DNA from: Octopus sinensis
Taxonomy: Eukaryota
Reading direction: 5' to 3'
Assembly: GCF_006345805.1 (NCBI RefSeq)
Contig: NC_043005.1
Coordinates: 86,862,001-86,926,000 of the forward strand
Length of the DNA: 64,000 nt
Shown here piece after piece: positions 14,331 through 28,765 of this stretch; position 1 is the first letter of the stretch, and every line of letters begins with the position of its first letter. The translations under genes and the position numbers were made by a program. The notes beneath the pieces are model-generated. The model was not told the DNA's origin, searched no databases, and was given only the letters and a program-made list of their open reading frames with translations.

Positions 14331-15395
14331 TACCATACTCGTGCCTACTTAGATGGTTTAGGCTGGTTTCCTTTCGCCCTCATATGTAGCTATTTTAATT
14401 ATTTACACCTTTTTGAGTATATTTGAATACTTCGAAAATGATCTTGTCTGGAAAGTGATTTGATCTGAGACCGTCGTCGGTTGAAACTAAAAACATTGCA
14501 ACATAGAAGCCATTTAATAGTCGTTCAAAAGCAATATAAATGCTGTTCACATCAATTAATTATTTCTTGTTTGATGTCAAACTTTTCCTCCTACTATCTG
14601 CGACCTGGTCACTGATTAGGTCGCAGTTAGTGTTTTGACACTAAATAATAAATGATTAATTGAAGTTAACAACTTTTGTGTGTTTTTGTATGGCTAATGT
14701 ATATCTTCACACTGTAATTGCCTCACTATTTTGGCATTAAAATAATACGTCTCACATATTAACAAATACTGGAGTTAAATACAAACGATTGGAATATTTG
14801 TCTTGTAATGGTGCACTTTAAATGCAATTATTATTGTCGTTATATTTCTAATTTGCTGACATCAGTTCATTTCAATTACGCTTAATAACAACGCATTCTT
14901 GTAACACGCCATGTTCTTTTCATTATTTTATTTTTGCATGTCTGTTATTCTTCAATATTTCATTACTGTATTATATTATTCCATTGCAATCATCTTCTTT
15001 AGTGGCGACTGATATACGCAAGTTAATACAGTTATAAATATTTACAAAATGTATGGTTTCTAATATTGCTCTCCCGCTGATTACTCCAAGATTATTTCAG
15101 CTAATTACAAACTTTCTTTTAACTTTCCTCAGTCAGAATCACATTTTGAAACCATTAATTTTTCCAGAAAACTCAATGTTATATTTATATTCTCTATAAA
15201 ATACATCACGTCAATGCAGTAGCAAAATGTTTCGTGTGCTAATCTTAAGCTTACACATAGAAGAATAATTACTTCTCCGGCACGTTTTAAAATAATTTCA
15301 TCTTTTGTCATAATTTACTGCTGACATAACTAACTTTTAGCATGCCTCTTGTTATCATTTCAATCCAGTATATATTTCCTCCTTTTCTTTAGATA

Positions 15396-15565
15396 TCTAT
15401 TATATAAAATCCGTTCTGTTTGTCTGTGTGTGTGTCTTCTAGGATCTCAGGCATCCTCCATCCGATTGCTCTCAAATTTGATATGTAGATACCGACGGTA
15501 TCAGGGCATGTACAGGTCTTGTAAAAATTACGAAAATCGACTCCAGGTGAGAATTCGATCGATAA
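15396..15565 (+). mobile_element. 5' end of a non-autonomous Helitron-like element
   Basis: A|TCTATTATATAAAAT + (GT)n + CCGATTGCTCTCAAATTTG, same layout as the 14117 and 22660 ends. Confidence 0.55.
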
Positions 15566-16234
15566 AGCTGTTTTTGTTCTGCTTTTCTTCCGTCAACCTG
15601 TACATAACTGTACCTTCAATGTTTTATTGTTTTTGTACTGTTTAAAGGCACGTTTCTTTCCTGCCAAGCTTACTGTTTAAACCATGTTTGTGTTCTCCCA
15701 GTCAACAGCCTTATCATTACTGGTACTTTAATCTCTTCGGTTGCATATTTGTGTGAATAAAATCGTTTTTCTTTGGAATAGAAAAAAGTCTATCCTTATT
15801 TATTCTTTTGATAGTTCTTTTTGTAGAAAATCGGTTCCAGTCTCAAAGTACAGTATAAGGGATAAAGTTTAGAATTGGAGCATTATATTGCTTATAGATT
15901 TAACAGCAGCTCCGACAAAACTAAAGAGCTTAAGGTGTATGCATAAGTTCATATGTCGTATTTAAGAGAGAATGCAAGTGATTGTATATGGCTGTTTGGC
16001 GCAGAGGTAAGGTTAACATTAAAAAAGAAAATTCACATATTGTTATTAGTAACAGTTATGTTCGAGTGTTGACATACATCTTGCTACGCCCACTCAATAG
16101 AATCATTGCTTGTTTGAGTGCCATTTTCTTTCTTATAGATATTTCACGATCAGATTGTTGGAAAGAGTGTCTTGCTATGCATGACAATCGGAAAGTGAGT
16201 TGTTCCTTGGAAGAATATTTAACTTTCAACTTTT

Positions 16235-16398
16235 GTTTTTTACTTGTTTCAGTCATTAACTTGTGACCATGCTGGGGCATCACGTTAAATTTGAATCGAA
16301 TGAATAGGCCCCGTGGCTTATTCTATTTTCTGAAGTCTGGTAGTTTGTCCAGCAGTGTGTGGGGAACAAACACGGACATAAAAACACACACCTGTCTT

Positions 16399-16466
<68 letters not shown>

Positions 16467-16579
16467 CCAATCTATCTATCTATCACCCTATCAATCAATC
16501 AAGCAATCCGTCTATCAACAGACAGACAAATAGACAGACAGACAGACGAATAGGCAGACAGACAGACAGACAGATAGAC

Positions 16580-16612
<33 letters not shown>

Positions 16613-16855
16613 CATACATACATACATACATACATACATACATACATACATACATACATACATACATACTTACATACATACATGTGTATGTCTTTGTGTC
16701 CATCTACACACAAGTCCATCTACACACAAGTCTTTGGTCGGCATGAAGCGATAAGAGAAACACTTGACCCAGGTGCCACACAGTGGGGCTGAACTTGGAA
16801 GTATATGGCCAGGTAGCAAATTTCTTGCCACACAGCCAAACCAGTGCCTCTCAGC
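16235..16855 (-). mobile_element. SINE family A split by a (CTAT)/(GATA)/(CATA) microsatellite
   Basis: Tail TTACTTGTTTCAGTCA at ~16240; head CCCAGGTGCCACACAGTGGGGCTGAAC...CCACACAGCCA at 16768-16838. Confidence 0.65.
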
Positions 16856-17782
16856 AGATTCTTATGTCTGTGTGAAATACAAAGTAAGCCTCACAATGTA
16901 TTTGTTATACAAATTCGTTTGGTTACTTGAGAAAAAGAATAATTATGGAACGGATTTAGCTAGGACTACTTCGAAAATGAAATCTTCCTCATAAGTTTAT
17001 GTATTATACTGATCGGAGGGAGCTCGATTGATGCACGTTACATGTTGGCATCAATGTATGTATACTCAAAAGTTTCTCGCACAAGTCTTTACTACAATGA
17101 TAATAGTTACTAAATTCCAAAAGTTGCACCAGAAATTCTAAAACGTAGCATGACGCAAGTCACATTTTTTCATAATACATAAATTGATTTTTCCAGGAAC
17201 CACTTTTGGCAGCGACGTTTCCAAAGTAAGATTGATTGAGTTTTCACATATGCGAAGAATACTTGATTTGGTTTTTACAAAACTGCCATTTTCAGCTATA
17301 TAGAATTATATAAATATCCATTTACAGTCTACATGGCTTGATTCAAATGTTGCATATACACGGTCTTGAAATAGAAGTGCAGTAATTTTCTTAAATCTTA
17401 CACGCGTGCATTTACATACCTCAAATATCAAATAACTGGAAATCGGTATACGGCTATAAAATTATTCAGATTTCACCAGTAATATAAATATACGCATGCA
17501 TATGTACGCATGTGTCTACTGAAATACCATTTTCATTCTTTCTCTCTCGCTCCACCTGTCTGTCTCTCTCACTGTATGTCATTGTGTATGATATATATAG
17601 ATATATATAGTGAGAGAGAGAGAGAGAAAAGAGAGAGAGAAAGGCAGACAGACACAGAGTGAGAGATTTATATATACGTATATATAAATTTATATGTATA
17701 TACACTCATGCACACGAACGCACACATACACATGTATATATATATGTGTGTATTGTGTATATGTATGAGTATATGTATATAT

Positions 17783-18160
17783 GCAGTGGCTCTGTAGTAA
17801 GTAGCTTGCTTACCAACCACATGGTTCTGTGTTCAGTCTCAATGCGTGGCACCTTGGGCAAGTTTCTTCTACTATAGACTTGTGAATGGATTTGGTAGAC
17901 GGAAACTGAAAGAAGCCCGCCGTATATATGTATGTATGTATATGGGTGTATATTTGTGTGTCTGTGTTCGTCTGTCCACCATTGCTTGATAACCGATGCT
18001 GGTGCGTTTAGATCTCTGTAACTTAGCGGTTCGGCAAAAGAGACCGATAAAATATGTACTAGGCTTCGAAAGAATAATTTCTGGAGTCAATGTGTTCGAC
18101 TAAAGGCAGTGCTCCAGCATCGCCGCAGTCAAATGACTGAAACAAGTAAAAGAATAAAAG
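17783..18160 (+). mobile_element. tRNA-derived SINE family A, near full length
   Basis: A/B-box-like head, CACCTTGGGCAAG, GGATTTGGTAGACGGAAACTGAAAG, internal TA/TG tract, tail AGTCAAATGACTGAAACAAGTAAAAGAATAAAAG. Confidence 0.85.
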
Positions 18161-18550
18161 TATGAAAATATATGTGTGTACATTTGTCTTAGTGTTTGCA
18201 TGTGTGCGAGCAAGCCTGTGTATGTGTGTGTATGTGTTTTTAGGTGTGTGTGTGTGTATGTGTTGTTGTAACCATGATGTTCTGGTGATCAAGTAAGCTA
18301 AATTTCTTCCTTTCAATAGATTTCTGAATATGCAATTTCATTAAGCTCTCGCATACTTATTAGTGCAAAAATGTACGCAGAAGTCCTTCCACACAGAAAT
18401 TAATACTACACGAAGGAAGTTGCGAAACGGCAGTAACCTTATGGAAGTCACGTGTTTCAATAAGTATATATACACAAACGTCATGCCTTTTTACCTTGTT
18501 TATACGCGCGCCCACACACACACTCTCTCTCTCACACACTCACACACACT

Positions 18551-18581
<31 letters not shown>

Positions 18582-18589
18582 TCACACTA

Positions 18590-18790
18590 GCGATGCTGAA
18601 AAGTTCCTGACTTTGGGTAAAAAAAATACGGAAGTAACAATTACTTATGATTTTATCCAGCATATTCCATTCTCAGTTTCACACACCTAGTGCAGCGGAC
18701 GCTCAGTTTTCTAAAACCCGTAAAAGAACTCGGAAGATTTGACCTCCCATCGGGCATTTCACAATACCCCTAAAGCCACGAATTTCTCAA
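18590..18790 (-). mobile_element. Mariner 3' end (transposase tail and TIR-like GCTGAAAAGTTCCTG)
   Basis: Minus strand resembles the mariner C-terminus (..FF.G..KL..R...CV.L..EY..). Confidence 0.6.
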
Positions 18791-19329
18791 CACCACTTCG
18801 AAACGTTGTGTTAACAACAAACAAGATGAGGACAAATATCCGTCAATTCTAAATAATGTAAAAAATGCTAAATGTTGATGTTGGAGTTAAACCACCTTTG
18901 TAGTCGTACTTTGAAATCACTGAAGACGAGTGATTGGAGTAATAGACATATACGCCACAGAATAAAGAGAGATAATACTGAAAAGATGTGGCAGTACGAG
19001 GAGTTCAGAGAATGGTAAAGTAAATAGATGTAATATGAGCTGTGTGGGTAGTAAGATGGGTAAAGTAACACAGCTGTTATTGCAAAATATTTCTATGATA
19101 TTATTGTGACGTGACATTGCGAGATGATTGCCAGGCATTCCAATATATATATACAGATATTCTCGCACCCAGACAGACGCATGCTTATATAATATACGTT
19201 CGTATATATCATCTTCTTATCTTTATATGTATACTATGTTTATTTTAAAACGGTTAATCAAACCAAAACATTATCTTAATTTCTAAATTATGTGCACGCA
19301 AACACACACACATACGCAGACACACAGAT

Positions 19330-19374
<45 letters not shown>

Positions 19375-19405
19375 CGCGAGTGAGAGTGTATTCATGGGTA
19401 TATAT

Positions 19406-19461
<56 letters not shown>

Positions 19462-19741
19462 TAGAAAAAAACACCTTTTATCAATTCAAATATATACGTT
19501 TTTATTATTATTTTGCAATTTACTTAATCATCGGTATATTATTGTTATTTTAATTTTGATATTTTTATTATATGTAATTTTCTAGATGGTGTAATTTAAT
19601 TGTTCATTTTGAATTGGTAAAAGGTGTCTTTTTTTTCTAACTTATATATATATATATATTATATTTTGCGAAATTTGATTTAGTGTTTCTAAATTGAATT
19701 ATTCCCTGTAAGTTAGGAATAATATTCCCTAAAATAATTAT

Positions 19742-19789
<48 letters not shown>

Positions 19790-19792
<3 letters not shown>

Positions 19793-20445
19793 CAAAATGA
19801 GACAACAAACCACGGCCGTGAGGAGTTTTCAGTACATTTATAAGGAAATAGTTTTACAGCTGTTTCTGAGATATTATGGCTATCCCTTTATCAGAGACTG
19901 TGTGACATGGTTAAACAGAGGAAATATTTAAGGTCGAATTATTATGGAAAAGGAGAATATAGGGAATATAGAGGAAATTAAAGTATAAATAAGATATATA
20001 AAGATATTGTAGTTAAAGTTCCATTATTCGAAGAAAGTGGGGTATAGAATTGGTAAAAATGTTTCCTGTACTTGGTATGTATGTTCGAATGAAAATTTGA
20101 GAATGTATCGGTAATATTAGTGAATAGATGGGGAGGAGGAGAGCTATGTATCATTAGAATGAAGAGATAGGTCAAAATAAAGACATGAAGAGAAAATGAG
20201 AGGAAAAGAGAAGAATAAAAAAAGGAAAGAAGGGAGAGGGAAAAAACAAAAACCGGAAGAGTGAAAAAAGTGAAGGATGGCACCAGTACATCTCTTACAT
20301 ATATATATAAATACACACACACACACAACAATTACAGAATAGAGTATGGGAAATCTGAGTTACATATGTTCCATAGCGAGTAGAACCTCAGAATTGGTAA
20401 AATCCAAGTGAGGTGTACATCAACGGCTACTCTTCAAGCTACGGA
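19790..20445 (-). mobile_element. PLE-type tail fragment abutting (TA)n with two decayed hammerhead-like motifs
   Basis: 19850-19899 AGUCU-CUGAUAA...GAAA-CAGCUG-UA-AAACU; 20355-20440 UUGAAGA-GUAGC...GCUAU-GGAA-CAUAUG-UA. Confidence 0.5.
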
Positions 20446-20569
20446 TATCTTGATCGGATTAAATACTACATTGTCGCAAGGGGTACATTTTGACGCAACG
20501 ATTACATGAATATATATATATATATATATGGGTGTGTGTGGGTGTATATATATATATATATATATATAC

Positions 20570-20605
<36 letters not shown>

Positions 20606-22659
20606 GTAAACATGTATATATGAGTGTATTCGTGTATATGTAAGTATGCATATATATATGTATGTGTGTGTGTGTGTGTGTGTGTGTCTGTGCGCGTGCA
20701 TGAAGAGAGAGAGAGAGAGAGAGAATTTACAAATATGTCTATATTTAATAACAAACTACTTCCACAGCGATATTTTCAAATGAGATCATTGTAGAAACAG
20801 CCATTGAAATTGTTAAATTAATCCGCGCCTGAAATTAAGATATAAGCAAAAAAGAAAAATGTTTAAAAACAATATAAAGAAAACTGAACAAATGTGAAAT
20901 AACATTTACTTAATTCGTGACTATTAATATCAAACATTTTTATATATGTTTTAGTTCTTCATTATCTTGGAAGTCTCTGCAATAATTTAATTAAATAAAG
21001 AGAGAAACAGAAAGAATTATAATTTCCAACGATTATGTTTTTAATACCATATTTCCCACTACTGTCAGTTGTAAAATATTGATCGAAATCTTGTTTGCAT
21101 TATTTGTGAAAATTGTTTCTCTCTCCTATTGTGTAAGCGTTTGGTTTATGGTTTCGGCGTGTGTTTGTGTGTATGTGCGTGTGTAACAGGACGTCGTGAT
21201 CTATTGACTTGATATCTCCAGCAGATGTCCTAGAAAGACGAGGTTATCCTCGTACTCGTGTGTCGGTGGCTAGTTCCTTATATATGAGACCTTTGTGGTT
21301 CCTCCCGTCTGGCATACGATGTACGTGACGGTGATGCTGGAGCAGGGCGAATATTGTGTGTATCAGAAGATACAATGCCATCAAAAGCTCACACAAATTT
21401 CTCCAGGTAAAGATCCATGGTTTTTCAAAACCGACTGATGCCTTAGATACATGCGTATTGTACCAAATTTTGGAATGAGTGATGAAGTTTTCGCGGAGGG
21501 GCTTACTTTCTTAGCTCAATTGGTTTATGAATTTATCGTTTCTGAAGGGATGAAGGACAAAATCAATTTCCTCGAAATCGAAATTTGAACTCGGAAAGTT
21601 AGCCAGAAGAAATGCCGCAAATCATATTAGTCAACACGCGAAAGATTCTGCCATCACGCCCCGTTAATAGTTAAATATGGGTTTTTACAGCTATAACATA
21701 TTTTAAATAAAATTACTCAGTGATTTTATTTACACATTCAATAATATTTTATACAGCAGTACCTTCTTTAGAAAATCTCACCGACGTGCTTACGCGCATT
21801 CACTCACATGCACACATATATATGCATAGCGAAACGCATACGTGTGCATGTATGTGGTTATCGCACAAAATGGAGAAGTCAACCTTTGTAGACAAACGAT
21901 TCATTAAAGTTTATGGAATTTACAAATATTACCTTATCTCTCCTGCTTGTTTAACAATATACACACTCCAACATGCTCTACACTTATAAGTGTAAATACA
22001 TACGCATATATATTTACAGCTTACACACACAAGGCAAGCACACACGAGCACACAAACACAAATACTTATCCACGTAGGAAGAGTATGAGGTAAATAGAGA
22101 AAAGGAATTTGTGTATTCAATATGTGCGTGTGTCCGTGTGTGTGTTTGAGTGTGTATTGTATATACGTGTGTGTGTGTGTGTGCATGTGTCTGTGTGTGT
22201 GAAAGAGAGAACGATGAAATGTTTCTGTATGTGTGTGTTCGTGCACATCTTTCTATTTGTATGAGCGAACATTGTCCACATTCCTATTTGCATGGTAATG
22301 TGTGCAGGCCACTTACATCGTCCATTCGACGTTGGATCCATCCTCGCAGATTATTAATTATCGCCTTTGCAATGTTTCACCGTAAACCCCTTGTAGATAA
22401 TAATCCAATAAACCATCTGCTCTCCTAACTCTACCATGGCAACCAAAAATTATACATTACCCAGCTGAAAGTAGGAGCATATTATATACGATAAAGCGAG
22501 GGCGATTGTTTGCCTTGGTCATTATGAATTCCAGGCTGCTATTTTCTTTGGAAACAAACGAATGTGTAAGCAGTAAATAAATGTTAATAATTTTGCACTC
22601 ACTTGCTATATCTAAGAATGGAATGAAAGAGAGTATACATAAAGCGTTTCCTTTTCCTT

Positions 22660-23053
22660 TCTAACTATATATAAAGCTGAAGTTGTCTGTGTATGGCAGG
22701 AGGTTTAGTAGCCTTCTACTAACACTATCTCCTCCGAGACCCTGAGGCACGAGTTAACCAAAATTGACAATATGATAGAAGAAGGCTTGCTTTACCTTCC
22801 GTAGGAAAAAAATTAAAATCGGACCTTGTTAACACCAAAAATTATTTACATAAAAAAGTGCTTTTTTTCTACAAAAATCCCTATTTTTTTACGATTTTTT
22901 TACTGTTGTGTCGCCATTTTTCGGTGTATTTCAACTGGAAAAATTTTCACTTCGAGACAATAACAAGCTACATAATGCAGAATTTTTACTTTTCAAAAAT
23001 TCCAATTCAAAAGGGTCCAAACAAATCGGAGCAACGCCGGGTGATACTGCTAG
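22660..23053 (+). mobile_element. Complete non-autonomous Helitron-type element (394 bp)
   Basis: 5' TCTAACTATATATAAAGCTG; 3' GCAACGCCGGGTGATACTGCTAG|T. Confidence 0.75.
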
Positions 23054-23103
23054 TTTGTTTATAAATGGCAAAGGTAAGTACAAATATACAGACAATTTTT
23101 TAT

Positions 23104-23180
23104 AGTATTGTGTTGAGTCAAAAGCTTTGCAATATTTTGGTAACTCATATGCTTTATTCATCAAGTTACAACAAACTCAG
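23104..23180. mobile_element. Mariner terminal fragment
   Basis: TATTGTGTTGAGTCAAAAGCTTTGCAATATTTT resembles TATTGTATTGACTCAAAAGTTGTGCAATATTTT at 9512. Confidence 0.6.
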
Positions 23181-23299
23181 TCTTGCATTCCAAGGAGAGG
23201 CCGTCGAGTTACACCGCTTGAAGTAAATTGTCTGTCACTTCTTTGAGCCACGCTGGCACCAGTTCTTGTCCTTCGAGGCGTCCTTCACCGAAGCTTCCA

Positions 23300-24500
23300 C
23301 AGTCGTTTGATGAAGCGTCGCGAATGCAGGAAGTGAGCCATAATATTCTTTTCTACTCTAGGCATAAGGCTCGAAATGTTTTCCTGTGGGAAAATGGGGT
23401 GGGTGGTGTCTGTATGGGGTCTGAGTGGTCTTGGGTGAAATGGAGTTTGACTTGGGTGTCACATCACGCTCGGTGTTCTTTCCTTTTCCTCTTCTTCCTT
23501 CTACTCTCTGTTAATCCCCATTCTTCCTCCTTTTCCTCCTTTCCTCCGTCTGTCTTTACTTCCCCTCTTTTCTCTTACGTCGCCACAACTGTTGTCTCTG
23601 CTATTGTCCTCTGTAGAGGGCAGTATGCTCTAATGTGGTCCTTTTCGCCATTTTTAAAACAACGTGGTACTCTGCCCTCTACCCACACTCTCAGCAAAAT
23701 TTCCCCCAACGTCTCTGCCAAATCTCCAGTTGTCCCTCCTCTCTGTCTGTATAATTAATTCTAGTATCTTCCCTTTCCACCCTCCTTCCGTTTCTGTGGC
23801 TTGAAGGACAACCACTTTCTCCTCACAACAAAGACAGCCGCCTCCACCCAAGCCACTTCTATATCAGGTGGATTTGCTTCTACCTTTACTTTGGAAGTCT
23901 TTCTTCCAAGATATGTGGGCAGAAGCACTATTTCCTTTGTCTTCACCGCCACGCTCGCCAGAATCCTCACCTCCTCTACTGTTCTAATTTGGACAACCAC
24001 TGTCCCATATCTCTTCCCCTTAGTTATGTATATTATTTCCTTTGGCCGATCCCTTAGCGCCTTTTCTTTTTCAGCTTCCACCTGCTCAGCCTAATTTTCT
24101 ATTAACGAGATCACCTTATAGGTGATTATTTCTCTCTCCATCCGCACCATAATTCCTTTGCGGCGCGACAACCTCACGTCATCTCCCACCTTCTGCACTA
24201 TCTACTCATACTCTTTCAGACCAGCCAAGTCCAACTCCCTTCGCTTCATCTTCGTGGCCTCAACAAAACTCCTTACCTTCTCAAACACTCCGTCCATCTT
24301 TATGACCGCCCTTACCAGCTCCTCCTCTGCTGAAGACAACTCACACCCGTTAAAGTCTGAGTACATCATCTCTACCCTCAAAGCAGCAAAACAAAACGTC
24401 CGACTCGCACACAAACGACAAACCAAATGCACTCTGGGTGACGCATGCACGGAAGCGAACTTCTTACCACCCAACTACCCCTGCACTTATTTCTATATAT
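23300..24500 (-). pseudogene. Non-LTR retrotransposon ORF1 (L1/Tx1-like gag-type) remnant
   Basis: RYGTVVVQ...LLPTYLGRKTSKVKV followed by a decayed zinc knuckle VEGRVPRCFKNGEKDHIRAYCP; no ORF2 seen. Confidence 0.6.
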
Positions 24501-26480
24501 ATGTTAACTCAAAATCAGTGCCATATGGAATATTATGACAGACGAAAACGGCAATCTAGCAGAATCGCTACAGCAAGGAACAGTGTTTTAGGCGGCATTT
24601 CTTTTACCTCTTTAATTTTGGAGTTCAAATACCGCCATTGGGTGGATAAATAAAGTACAATTTTAGTACTGAGGTCGAAGTAATTGGCTAGCTTCTCACC
24701 TCGAAATTGTGGACTTGAGCCAGAATTACAAAGGATTATGACATTGACTTAGTGGACACCAAATCCTTTAAATCAATAGCGTTAACGACTCGAAAATGTA
24801 ATTGAATCTTATCCTAATTTCGCTTCTGAAAGGAATGGGAATCAGTTCCAACCGAATATTCAATAACTTGTTGCTGGTTAATTATACAATTCTTTGAACT
24901 GACAACATCCAGGATCCAAGGCATCATTAAAAATAGTTGACATTTTGTTTTGTACTGCAAGTTTCTTAGATGATTGTAATAAATGCAGATTGAGTTGTAG
25001 CAAATGACACATATATGTTTTATATAGCAATAACGTATCTAACTCAGCTCTCGTTCTTTGATTCCATAACCAATAATATTTTGTAGCACGTTGACTTCCA
25101 CGAGTTAATTCTACATTGTAACAGGTCCTGTGTATTTAGATTCAGCCGCCTTTCTCTGGATTTTTATTTTTTTTTTGCATCATTTATGATATTTTCTGAT
25201 GGCCATTAACATCATAGAATATTATGCATTTGATACAACGCATCTGTTCTCTGTACGCTTTGTCCACTTATAGCATTTGTAGTCCTTAGCAGTCATGTAT
25301 ATTTTAACGATGTGTCTTTAGATAGAAATCTGATAATTGGGTTCTAACAACGTAGATGAGATAAAATCTAGTTCACGTTAGCATTACCAAATTGCATTAT
25401 CCCGTTGCAGAATCCTTTGCGTGAAACCGTTCTCTAACATAACATTCTCAAATACGTAAGAGACTTAACGAGTTTCACTTGAGAGCCAAGTGCATGCGTC
25501 ATCCTTAATAACAAAGTTGTTGCATTACACAATGTGTACACATCCAAATATACAATGCAATGCCAATATCTACATCCACATCTAAGATAACAGACCTAAA
25601 TTACTTTTCGCCATCAAATACGAAAATTCTTTCTCAAACATGGCATTTCTCTCCCTTTCCCCATCTCCCCCCTCTCAGTCAGTAAACAAAACAATTTCCT
25701 ATACTGTCTGGCATTCGCCATGATAGATCGCTAGCCACTAAACCCTTTTCTGTTTTCTGTCCCTGTTTAATTCTGTGTTCCTTTCTTCCAAAGAGCGTAG
25801 GCTCGAAACCTAAAAGACTTTCTCATTTCCCAAACGCTAAACTAATACATGTGTTTGCACACCCATCATCGTCTTTTGTTCTTTTTTCTTTTTGTATATT
25901 CTCACTTTATATACTGGTATTCTTGGAGATCTTAGATATTCTAGCATTGCAATGGGCCTATTTAATACTTTCCGTAACGAATTCTAACGAATTTTCCAAT
26001 TCAATATATTTTGACCACATCATCTCGAAGTTGCTTCAACAGAAATATACCAGCAGGCGTTCATCTCTACAAAAGCGACACACGTTATACTAACCACGCG
26101 AACATCTAACTGCTCTTGTTGCTTGATCGATTACACAATTGATCCGATTTCCAGATTCGGTGATTTACATACCTCCCACCACCACCACCAATCACCTGGA
26201 CGGATGCCAGTCTGTCGTAGGATTATTTTTGCCATTTCAATGGAATGGAACGACGGAAAACGAAAACGCAATGCTCATGAACATAAAGAAAATGGAAAGG
26301 CATACAATCGGAAACAATACGAATTTAATTGCAAATTCAAATCTTGTTTAGTCATTGGACTGCGGCCATACTGGAGCAGCATCTTAATACGTTTAAGCGA
26401 AGGAATCGATCTAAGTAATTATATTTATGTCTAGTACTTATTCTATCGATTCTTAAATAACGCAAAGTATTTCGCCCGGC

Positions 26481-26552
26481 GTGCTAACATTTCTAATAAT
26501 AATAATAATAATAATAATAATGATAATAATAATAATGATAATAATAATAATG

Positions 26553-26647
<95 letters not shown>
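26481..26647. repeat. (TAA)n microsatellite, 5' flank of the R4/Dong-like LINE
   Basis: Direct reading. Confidence 0.95.
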
Positions 26648-28765
26648 CACAAAGGCTGAACAAGCACCTGGACGAAAACAAACTGTTCCCAGAAGAGCAG
26701 AAAGGATGCCGCAAAGGCTCATATGGCTGTAAAGATCAACTAATGATTAATAAAGCCGTAACTGAAGACAGCCACAGAAAGAAGAAAGGCCTCAGTATGG
26801 CCTGGATTGACTACAAAAAGGCGTTTGATAGCATCCCCCACACATGGATCCTCGAAACACTAGCCATTAACAAAGTAGCACCAACAATCATAAAATTCAT
26901 AGAGCACTCTATGAATAAATGGCAAACAGTCCTACACCTCCAAACAAAAGAGGGACTCATGAAAACCAAAGACATCCCCATTAGAAGAGGAATATTCCAG
27001 GGAGACACGCTCTCTCCACTCCTTTTCTGCTTGGCACTGTCACCTCTATCTGATATGCTAAATAGAACTGGATGCGGATATAAATGTTACGGCAAAATGA
27101 TCAGCCACCTTTTATATATGGATGACCTAAAACTACGCTGCAAATGACAAACAGCTGGAAACACTATTAAATAAGACAGTTCATGGATTTACCAAAGAAA
27201 TAGATATGAAATTTGGATTAGAAAATTGCGCCAAAGTAACCATGAAAAGAGGAAAAAAGTTAAGAGTAACAACATCACACTAGATAAAACCAATGAAATA
27301 AAAGAATTAGACCAAAGCCAAACTTACAAATACTTAGGAATCCATGAACTAGATAAGACACAACACACACAAATGAAGAGAAAAATAAAAAAAGAATATT
27401 ATAGACGAGTTAGATCAATACTAAAAACAGAGCTCAACGCTAAAAACAAGATAATAGGTATCAACACTTTCTGTCCCAGTTATAAGTTACAGCTACAATA
27501 TCCTTAACTGGACACGAAATGAACTGTCCAAAATAGATAGGAAAACAAGAAAATACTGACAGGATCTGGGATGCATCACCCAAAATCTGACAGAGAAAGA
27601 CTATATATACAACGTATAGAAGGTGGTAGAGGCCTTATACAGCTTGAAAACAACTATATAACCACCATAGGACTGCAAAAATACCTACTTCAGAAGGAAG
27701 GAAACTGATCCAGATAGCAGCAAAACACGAGCAAAACAAAAAACTGTTCTCAGTATTTAAGGAAGCTGACAAATACAAACAAGAAATCATACCACCTAAT
27801 AAACACGAAGAAGAAGAAGAAGAAGATGAAGAAACAACAAAAGCTATAAAACAAATGAAATCCAAACTAAAAATTGAACAGCAACAAACCATGATAAAAC
27901 GATGGCAAGAAAAGCCCCTTCATGGTAAATACTGCACTAAACTAAACGCAAAAGAAATAGACAAAGAAAAATCCCAGCAAAGGTTGAGAAGCTCAGGACT
28001 CAAAGCAGAAACAGAGGGATTTTTAATTGCAGCACAAGACCAAAGCCTCCCCACCAGAAATTACCAAAAACATGTAATGAAAAGAAATATTACAAGTAAC
28101 TGCAGAATATGTGGAGATGGACAAGAAACAATACATCATATTATCTCTAGCTGCCCAGTCCTGGCTAAGAAGGAATATATTCACAGACATGACAGAGTTG
28201 GAACCTACATACATTGGAAGCTATGCCAACATTATGGAATAACAACAGAAAAAAGATGGTATAGGCACACACCAGAAAAGGTCACAGAAAACGAGAAAGC
28301 AACCATACTCTGGGACATGCCGATACACACAGATAGAGAAATTAAGGCCAACAGACCAGATATAGTTGTCAGAGATCATGAAGAAAAAAATGCTTTCTAA
28401 TTGATGTATCAATACCGGCAGATGACAACGTGTCTCTAAAAGAAATGGAGAAACTCTCAAAATGCAAAGACCTGGAAATAGAGGTAACTAGAATGTGGAA
28501 TCTGAAAACAGAAACAATTCCTATCATAGTAGGTGCATTAGGCATGATAAAAAAATATTCAGACAAATACATAACAAAAACACCAGGACTTACAAACACA
28601 TATAACATACAGAAAATTGCACTACTAGGCACTGCACACATCCTACGCAGAACACTTTCCATACAATAACCATCAGAGCATCACAACAAATCACAGCACA
28701 TACCCAAGGCACACAAAGCTGCGCTCGGTAGTGAAGTGAAAGCACGCTATAAAAATAAAACTACC

